This document shows positions 48,805-58,710 of a DNA stretch of 60,725 bases, in pieces. The DNA comes from Alphaproteobacteria bacterium. Its GTDB lineage: Bacteria; Pseudomonadota; Alphaproteobacteria; RF32; CAG-239. The notes beneath the pieces were generated by a model. The model made no database searches and was not told the origin of the DNA. It saw only the letters and a program-made list of their open reading frames with translations. The stretch spans positions 1 through 60,725 of the forward strand of contig JAZQTW010000058.1 in NCBI GenBank assembly GCA_045630985.1. Reading direction: 5' to 3'. Position 1 is the stretch's first letter, and each line of letters begins with the position of its first letter. The position numbers and the translations under genes are program-made.

Positions 48805-50124
48805 TTGAAACCACTAATAATAATACTAAAAACATTAATAGTTGGCTATCTATGGAGTATAATATTTATAGATGGTTTAAGGGTGGTTTTGCTCATAAAT
48901 TGGCATTTTGATATATTTTTAAAAGAACATTGGATTTTATTAGGAGAAAAATGGAATAGTGGAGAACCTATAACAGCATCAGAAGTTGGATTCTTTTTAA
49001 TTTTATTAAGTAGTTTGCCATTGTTATTTGCAGGGTGGATAGGGTTATGCCTAGTAAAATGGAGAAGATTCCTTAAGCATGTTGTGTATAGTCCTCTATA
49101 TCTATATAGAAAATTAACCTTAAAAACAAAACCAACTGTTGTAATTAAGAAAAAAGCTGTAAAAGAAGAAACACCAGTAATAAAGAATACAACGGTTATT
49201 AAAAAGACTGCTATTAAACCGCAGCCACTTCCCTCTGCAACGTTAATGCAGTCAAATATTTATACAAAGCAATCACAAGCAACATCAACTATACCAACAT
49301 CTAAATCAACTTCTTCATACTCACCAGCTAAAAAGAAGCAAGAAGCTCCAATTAATCATGCGTTGTTTAATTTTGATGAAGATGATTTCGATTTTGATTT
49401 TGACTTTGATAAAAAAGATAAACCTAAACCAGCAGAGACACCTTCTCCATCAATTTTAACACCAGAAGAAAGTGTAAGCGATTTTGATACACGTTTTGAA
49501 AATATCAAAAAAGAAGAAAAACGCAGCAAACACAGTGATAAAAATGCTAATAAAAAAGAGAATAAGCCTAAAAAAGAAGAAAATTCTAATATCAACAATG
49601 TAGAAATATCATCTAATAGAGAATCACAGACACCTGTAATTGATGTTTTAACACAAAAAGGTTATGATATTATTCCTTCAGCTATTATAAAAAGTACAAA
49701 AGTTGATTGTATTGCTGTTTCAAAAGATACATTACAAGTATGCCTAGTTGATAAAGAAGTTGGGGATTGGCTTGCCGATGAAGAGAAATTTAACGACGAG
49801 GAACCTTTATGGTTTTCTGAGAGTAGCCATAGAATTTCTCCTGTACGTTTAGTAGATGTTGTTTGTGATGCTTTAAGAACTAAATTATCTGTTACAGACC
49901 TAAAGTTTAAGGTTATTCCTCATGTTGTTATCCAGTCTGGTAATGTTATCAATGCAGAAGATATGTTTGAAATTTGGGAAGAGATGAATATCAATGTTAC
50001 TCGTATAAACAGAGGAAGCCCTAAAGAAATTCGTCTATTCTCTAAAGCTATAGAAACATGTGAAGCAAAAGTAGATAAGGATACTTTAGAAAAATTGAGA
50101 AAATTATTTAGAAGCATGGCTTAA
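48805..50124 (+). CDS. hypothetical membrane protein: shared N-terminal module, disordered linker, globular C-terminal domain
   Basis: 439 aa. TTG start with GGAG 6 nt upstream. TM - WHFDIF - WNSGE - TM - LYRKLT. A K/P/S/T/E-rich linker contains (DF)4. C-terminal ~170-aa mixed alpha/beta-looking domain. Confidence 0.6.
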   Translation: MKPLIIILKTLIVGYLWSIIFIDGLRVVLLINWHFDIFLKEHWILLGEKWNSGEPITASEVGFFLILLSSLPLLFAGWIGLCLVKWRRFLKHVVYSPLYLYRKLTLKTKPTVVIKKKAVKEETPVIKNTTVIKKTAIKPQPLPSATLMQSNIYTKQSQATSTIPTSKSTSSYSPAKKKQEAPINHALFNFDEDDFDFDFDFDKKDKPKPAETPSPSILTPEESVSDFDTRFENIKKEEKRSKHSDKNANKKENKPKKEENSNINNVEISSNRESQTPVIDVLTQKGYDIIPSAIIKSTKVDCIAVSKDTLQVCLVDKEVGDWLADEEKFNDEEPLWFSESSHRISPVRLVDVVCDALRTKLSVTDLKFKVIPHVVIQSGNVINAEDMFEIWEEMNINVTRINRGSPKEIRLFSKAIETCEAKVDKDTLEKLRKLFRSMA

Positions 50125-52307
50125 TTAGAGGTGAAAAATGGCAAAAGAAAGAGGAAAAGAATGGGAAGAATATGATAATGCAGTGCGTTGGATTACAATA
50201 ACATTCTTTATATCCATAGGTGTTAGTGTTGTTTTATTGTATTTAGCTCATCCTTTGGCTTATCTAATACAACAAGGAATTTCTAAAAAAAGTATAGATG
50301 TTGTAGGATTATATATCAAAAAGACTGTTTCAGACCCAGGAGTTTTGTACAGCCAATATGCAAGATGGTTTAAAAGAATATTTAAATTAACAGGAACAAC
50401 GAAGATTAGTTCTTGGATACCAATTTTACCATTTATATCTTTACCTATAATATTAATAACAGGTGCCATAAAATGTCCATATAAATTCCAATCAAACGTA
50501 CATGGTTCAGCTCATATTGCAACATTAAGAGATATTGAGCGTATGCCTTTGTTAGGTTTTGATGGATTTTGTATGGTTGTTGGGCGTTTTCAAGGCAAGA
50601 TGTTGAAACTAAAAGAAACATTGTCAACATTATGTTGTGCTCCTCCAGGTACAGGTAAAACAGCCGGAGTTGTTATTCCTACAATTTTTAACTCAGAAAC
50701 AATGAGTATTATTGTAAATGACCCTAAACCTGAGTTGTGCTACACTACAACAGGAGCTAGAAGTAAAGTTGGTCCAGTATTTGTTATTAACTGGGGTAAA
50801 GAGGATAATCCTCTAACGGGTGAATATTATCCTAGTTGGAACCCATTATCACCAGGAGCGTTACCTGCCCCTGGACCTGCGCGAGATTTGTATATTGACT
50901 CAATGTGTAATACTTTCGTAGAAGATCCTAAAGGTGGTGGCGATGCATATTGGTCTCAAGCTGGTAGAGGCGCATTGTGTGGTCTAATTCAATTTGTAGC
51001 TTCAAAATGTGAGAAAGCATTAGCTAATGAACGCTTTATTCAAAAAATTGTTGAAGGAACAATGACAGAAGAGGATAAAGCAGAGTTGATGAATTACTAT
51101 GAAGAAATGCAAAGTGGTAATTTACAGAATAATGCTATAAGAGCAATGCAAGATTTACAAAATAATAATTTGACCATAGAAAATTATTTACCAATTGGTA
51201 CATGGAATGCATTTCCAGATAGATGGGTTAACCATGAGGCTTGTTTAGCCATGATTCTAGAATGGATAACTACAGCAACAATTGAGCAAAGTAACGAAAT
51301 TAAGCGCCGTCAAGAAGAGGGTGACCAAATGGCTGCAATGGCCGATCTTATGGGAGAGTTACTAGATGGAGCCATCAATGAGGCTAATGATTATGGTTAT
51401 TCTCGTAGATGTATCCAAGAATTGAGTGGATTGAGATCAAAACCTGATAAAGAACGTGGTTCTGTAATGTCTATGGCATTTAATGGTATTCGTATTTTCA
51501 AAAACTCTGCTGTTGTATCAAGAACAAGTTTTTCAGATATTAAATTTAAGGATTTGCGTGGACTTAAAGACCCTGTTACAGGAGAATGGAAACCAATCGC
51601 CGTTTATCTGTCAGTTAACCAAACAGATGCCCAAGCATTGAACCCCATTAGTGCTGTTTTTGTTGACTTGATGAGTGCATATTTAATTTCAAACCCACCA
51701 AATTTTGTAAATGCAACAGATGGTAAGATGGGACCATTCCCAGTGTTATTCGTACTTGACGAGTTTCCGCAAATGCCAAAACTTAAAGCTGTAATTGATG
51801 GTCCTGCGGTGGGGCGTGGTCAAAAAGTATCATATCTATTGATAGGTCAAGATTTAGGACAAATTTCGGGTAAGTACGGTAAAGATGACCTTGAAACAGT
51901 TATTTCAACAACTGCATGTAAGGTAATTTTATCACAGAACAATGAGCAAACAGCAGAACGTTTCTCAAAAATGATTGGCCAAAAAACAATTCAAACAACA
52001 TCATATTCTAGACAAGAGGGGAGCTTAAATAAAGAGTTTAATCCTTTTGCAAAAAATGTAAGTTATCAATTAACAGGTGTAGCTGCAATTAAATCAAATG
52101 AATTACTAAGTTTACCAATGTTAAAACAAGTAGTGCTTATGCAAGGTCATATTGAAACACCAATTATGGCAGATGCTCCTCGTTATTATCTTGATAAAAA
52201 GATGTTGGCGCAATCAAAAATTCCACATTCGGCATGGGTGCCAGATTGGATTGTTGCTCAGAGAAATACCCAGAATGAAGATATTCTATCTAAATTAGGA
52301 ATCGATT

Positions 52308-55194
<2,887 letters not shown>

Positions 55195-55198
55195 TTAG

Positions 55199-55228
55199 TT
55201 GACAAGTTGCCATAAAATAATGCATAAT
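55199..55228 (+). promoter_or_regulatory. candidate sigma-70 promoter
   Basis: TTGACA (55199-55204), 18-nt spacer, CATAAT (55223-55228) preceded by TG. About 28 nt upstream of the small ORF start. Confidence 0.4.
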
Positions 55229-55255
55229 ACCTTCAACTTTTTTAATGAGGATGAA

Positions 55256-55336
55256 ATGTTACGTAGTTTAACAATAAAGCAAATCAAGATAAAACGTCAG
55301 GAAAATATGTTCCCGCCGTTTATTTTGTGTTGCTAA
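55256..55336 (+). CDS. 26-codon small ORF (candidate leader peptide or small protein)
   Basis: Own reading: ATG 55256 with GAGG 6 nt upstream encodes MLRSLTIKQIKIKRQENMFPPFILCC, then TAA TAA. Too short for the ORF track. Lies between a promoter-like site and an intrinsic terminator. Confidence 0.3.
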   Translation: MLRSLTIKQIKIKRQENMFPPFILCC

Positions 55337-55362
55337 TAAATTGTCTTCACAAAGTGTTTAAA

Positions 55363-55388
55363 AGCGGGAATTGTTCCCGCTTTTTTTA
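55363..55388 (+). terminator. rho-independent terminator / possible attenuator
   Basis: AGCGGGAA-TTG-TTCCCGCT is a perfect 8-bp stem with 5 GC pairs, followed by T7. It ends 25 nt before the GNAT gene ATG. Confidence 0.75.
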
Positions 55389-55412
55389 TTGCAATAATAT
55401 TTAGAGGAAAAA

Positions 55413-56261
55413 ATGAGTACAGAAATTAGAAAATATCAAGTGAATGGAGAAATGGTTTGGCAAGGCAATATTAATAAAGTTAATGGTCATAAGCTAGAAA
55501 AACCAGTTCATTACTATATTAGACCTCTAAATATAAAAGATGCGGAGGCTATGGGAAAACTTTCAGAAACAATTTACGCAAATCTTGGAGAGGGGCAAGA
55601 GTGTTTTATTCATAAACACTCTAAAGAATACTATAACGGTGTATTTAAAAATGAAAACATACGCTACGTAGGTGCTTTTGTGGGTAAAGAATTGGTGGGA
55701 ATGTCTTATATTAAAATTTGTGAAAATCAGAATGATTTGCAAGACGAAATTCCAAATTGTGAATATGATTTCTTCAATAGAAGACAAAGCCAAGATACTA
55801 GAGTAGCTACATTTGGCGCAGATTCTGTTCATCCTGCGTATAGGGGTAATGCTATAAATACTGCGATGATTAATTATCGTATGGAACAGGCTGTGTTGCT
55901 AAATTGCACAGATTGTGCATCAATCGTAGATAGAAATAATCGCTGGAATATGACACCATATTTTGCCTGTCGCTTTAATCTATTTCAAACAGCCATAGAT
56001 CCATCAGATGGAGGTAAAATATCTTTGCTACACAAACCAATTGATAAAGCAACAGTACTTTCTCGTGTAAAAACAAGAATAACACTTCCTTTTGATAGGT
56101 TTGAATTAATCGATGCTATGATAAAAAGAGGGTTTGTTGGTGTTGAGTTTGATAAAAAAACAGCAGAAATAACTTTTGCTCACTCAAACTATTATAAACA
56201 GAATACATATGGCTATGATAATTCTCAAGTTTATCAAAATAGGCTTGCTTTTGCATTATAA
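55413..56261 (+). CDS. GNAT-family N-acetyltransferase-like protein
   Basis: 282 aa. IRPLNIKDAEAMGKL (typical GNAT start) and a motif A-like VHPAYRGNAINTAMINYRMEQA. ~100-aa C-terminal extension. AGAGGA RBS. Confidence 0.6.
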   Translation: MSTEIRKYQVNGEMVWQGNINKVNGHKLEKPVHYYIRPLNIKDAEAMGKLSETIYANLGEGQECFIHKHSKEYYNGVFKNENIRYVGAFVGKELVGMSYIKICENQNDLQDEIPNCEYDFFNRRQSQDTRVATFGADSVHPAYRGNAINTAMINYRMEQAVLLNCTDCASIVDRNNRWNMTPYFACRFNLFQTAIDPSDGGKISLLHKPIDKATVLSRVKTRITLPFDRFELIDAMIKRGFVGVEFDKKTAEITFAHSNYYKQNTYGYDNSQVYQNRLAFAL

Positions 56262-56343
56262 TAAAAATAAAGATTTCTCTTGCGAAATATAATAATTTGA
56301 ATTAATATACATTTCGTAATATTAATTTTTATTGGAGGCAAAA

Positions 56344-56883
56344 ATAGCTACGGAAAATAATAATGCGCCAGTACGTGAAGCTGACGGACCACGCATAAAT
56401 AGAGAGATCAAAGCAAAAGAAGTTCGTTTAATTAACTATAACGGTGAGAATTTAGGTGTTGTTTCAATTTCTGAAGCACTTAGTATTGCTCAAGAAGTTG
56501 GATTAGATTTGATTGAAATTTCTCCTCAGGTAACACCACCAGTTTGTAAGGTATTGGACTACGGTAAATATAAATACGAACTTCAAAAGAAGAAAAACGA
56601 AGCAAAAAAGAATCAAAAAGTGGTTAATATCAAAGAGCTAAAACTCCGTCCAATGATAGAAACTCATGATTATGAGGTAAAGTTAAAACAAGCTAAAAAG
56701 TTTTTAAGCCAAGGTGATAAAGTAAAATTCACTATGCGTTATAAAGGACGTGAAATGTCTGCTAACGATATGGGTAAAGATATTCTAAATAAGCTTGTAG
56801 AAGATTTAGAAGGATTATGTAAGGTAGATGCTGCTCCAAAAATGGAAGGCAAACAAATGTTTATGATTGTATCTCCAGCATAG
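56344..56883 (+). CDS. infC: translation initiation factor IF-3
   Basis: Strong similarity to IF-3 throughout (INREIKAKEVRLI, DLIEISPQVTPPVCKVLDYGKYKYE, IKELKLRP, FTMRYKGREM). The start is proposed at ATA 56344, 5 nt after a perfect GGAGG (56334-56338). The track TTG start at 56332 overlaps that SD and has none of its own. Confidence 0.9.
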   Translation: MATENNNAPVREADGPRINREIKAKEVRLINYNGENLGVVSISEALSIAQEVGLDLIEISPQVTPPVCKVLDYGKYKYELQKKKNEAKKNQKVVNIKELKLRPMIETHDYEVKLKQAKKFLSQGDKVKFTMRYKGREMSANDMGKDILNKLVEDLEGLCKVDAAPKMEGKQMFMIVSPA

Positions 56884-56909
56884 TAAATAGCTTAATATAC
56901 AAACGCAAA

Positions 56910-56942
56910 ATAGTCATCTAGCAATAGGTGGCTATTTTTTTT
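56910..56942 (+). terminator. rho-independent terminator after infC
   Basis: ATAGTCATC-TAGCAATA-GGTGGCTAT is a 9-bp stem including two G-U pairs, followed by T8. Confidence 0.6.
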
Positions 56943-56955
56943 ATAAAAAAGATTG

Positions 56956-56984
56956 TTGACATAAGAGCATTTTTGCGCTATAAG
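56956..56984 (+). promoter_or_regulatory. candidate sigma-70 promoter
   Basis: TTGACA (56956-56961), 17-nt spacer, TATAAG (56979-56984). It would give a ~140-nt leader ahead of the 57130 gene. Confidence 0.45.
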
Positions 56985-57129
56985 AAATATTATGAGTGAG
57001 GCAAGCGCTCGGGATGTCCGCCAAAGTGATACATTGCCATGATGATTTTATTACATAAATTTCTTTTAAGTAGCTTATCAATGCTAATCGGACAGGCGAT
57101 AGGATAGGTTATTTAGAAAGGAATATGAT

Positions 57130-58530
57130 ATGACAAAGTATATTGAATACTTCCAAGTGGAAGCAAAATGTTTATTAAAAGACTTTAAGAAAAATCTCCC
57201 AGAAGCAAAATCAAGATGTGAAAAATATTTTAGTGGTAAAGGTGAATTATCATTAATGAATGCTCAGCATGTTATTGCCAAAGAGTATGGTTTTGATAGT
57301 TGGAATGATTTAATTAAACAAGAACCTCATAAATTAGCTGAAGCACTAATTGTTACAAAAAATAAAACGCTGAAAAATCCATTTAAATTATGGTGGGGAG
57401 GACGCATTACAACCGGATATGAACAAAATATATATCCACTACATAAACCAGAAGACTATCAATTAGAATATGATGCAAAGAAAAAAGCTTTTTATCGTGG
57501 TTCAAGTAATCAAGGAGATTGGACTGAATATTTATCTTTTGAACATTTAGATATTTCAGAGTATGATTTATCGGGTGTGGATCCATTAAAGATTCGTTAT
57601 TCAGAAGATACTAAGTGGCCAGAAGATAAATCAATGCTCCCTGTTGGGTTTAATCCAAGAGAGTTTTTAGAAATACGCAAAAATCCGGGGTTAGGTATCA
57701 GAACTCTTCACAAGCAAGGCATAAAAGGACAAGGAAGTTGTATTGCTATTATTGGAGGTAGTCGATTGTTTAACCATATAGAATATCATAACTCATTAAA
57801 AGGATATGAAGAAATTGGTTTTAATCCAACAGATTATGGTGGAGGAGCTGATGGTCGCATAGTATCATTGTTGATTGGTAAGAGTTGTGGTATAGCCCCT
57901 TTATCTGAAGCCTATTTTTATGCTGTAAATACCAGAGAGTGTGTTTATAGTAATTATGCTATAGCTATTCAAAAAATTTGCGAACTTCACAAAAAATTAA
58001 AAGACGATGGCAAATCTGGTATTGATATTGTTTTTATCGGAAGAAGTTTGTCAAATGAAAACGATCAAGGTAAAGAAGGTTTTGACGATTGTCAACAAGC
58101 TCTAAAAGAGTTGAAAAATTTAAAGATATATACAGAAAAAGAATTTTATAATCATTATGATAATACCGATAAATTTGATTCTGCAAGAATTTTTTGCAGA
58201 GTCGGTGGAGATATTGATAATCCCAATGATTATGAAATAACAGACCAAAATTTTGTTAAGTCAGCAATAGAACATGCTGTTAAACTTTTATTTTTTCCAA
58301 GTGGAGCTAAAACTGTTGCTTTAGATGTAAAAATGGATGGATATGCTTTTGATCATAAAGCGAGTAGCCATATAGGAACTTATCCTGTTGGCCTTTACCT
58401 ACTAGCAAAAAGCGTAAAAGAAAATATAACACCGCTTGAGTTTTTTAAGCTAGGGATAAAAACAGGTACTTTCAAAGAAGGTATTGGCACAATCATCAAC
58501 CCCGTCGCCCTAATTGAAAGCTTGAAGTAA
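57130..58530 (+). CDS. subtilase (S8)-fold protein with a non-canonical catalytic triad and an N-terminal helical module
   Basis: 466 aa. By eye it aligns to subtilisin at four places. GQGSCIAIIGGSRLFNHIEY matches VKVAVIDSGIDSSHPDL (Asp to Gly). ADGRIVSLLIGKSCGIAPLSEAYFYAV matches SHGTHVAG...GVAPSASLYAV (His to Asp). IDIVFIGRSL matches MDVINMSLG. ASSHIGTYPVGLYLLAKS matches GTSMASPHVAGAAALILS (Ser kept). The N-terminus contains AQHVIAKEYGFDSWNDL. Confidence 0.45.
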   Translation: MTKYIEYFQVEAKCLLKDFKKNLPEAKSRCEKYFSGKGELSLMNAQHVIAKEYGFDSWNDLIKQEPHKLAEALIVTKNKTLKNPFKLWWGGRITTGYEQNIYPLHKPEDYQLEYDAKKKAFYRGSSNQGDWTEYLSFEHLDISEYDLSGVDPLKIRYSEDTKWPEDKSMLPVGFNPREFLEIRKNPGLGIRTLHKQGIKGQGSCIAIIGGSRLFNHIEYHNSLKGYEEIGFNPTDYGGGADGRIVSLLIGKSCGIAPLSEAYFYAVNTRECVYSNYAIAIQKICELHKKLKDDGKSGIDIVFIGRSLSNENDQGKEGFDDCQQALKELKNLKIYTEKEFYNHYDNTDKFDSARIFCRVGGDIDNPNDYEITDQNFVKSAIEHAVKLLFFPSGAKTVALDVKMDGYAFDHKASSHIGTYPVGLYLLAKSVKENITPLEFFKLGIKTGTFKEGIGTIINPVALIESLK

Positions 58531-58550
58531 TTTAAATACAATAATAGAAC

Positions 58551-58580
58551 AATAAGGGAGAAACCTTATTCTCCCTTATT
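58551..58580 (+). other. perfect 11-bp hairpin (possible terminator lacking a U-tract)
   Basis: AATAAGGGAGA-AACCTTAT-TCTCCCTTATT lies 20 nt after the stop of the subtilase-like gene. It is followed by A-rich rather than T-rich sequence. Confidence 0.4.
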
Positions 58581-58710
58581 AAAAACAAAAGGATACAAAA
58601 TGATTCATTATATCAAACATCAAATATTTTTAATTTCTTAAATTATAAGCCTAAAAACAGGCAAATACATTTTATTTGTTTTAACATAATTTAAGAAGGA
58701 AATTTAATCT

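Noticed and set aside
49384-49410. Hexanucleotide tandem repeat (GAYTTY x4 plus GAT) encoding DFDFDFDFD.
   Set aside because: It is not a CRISPR or regulatory repeat. It is a short in-frame coding microsatellite within a disordered linker. At most it could cause strain-to-strain length variation.
57005-57060. Resemblance of GGGATGTCCGCC-AAA...GCCATGATGATTTT to the fluoride (crcB) riboswitch core. Also resemblance of CGGGATGT to part of 4.5S/SRP RNA.
   Set aside because: The putative P1 loop is only ~5 nt, too short for the crcB pseudoknot, and no second hairpin is present. The downstream gene is not a fluoride or ion transporter. The SRP domain IV GGAA/AGCA motifs are absent.
58600-58641. 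13-codon ORF MIHYIKHQIFLIS with an AAGGA upstream.
   Set aside because: It is too short and AT-biased to distinguish from chance in this genome. I kept it only as a remark under the exporter finding and do not annotate it as a gene.
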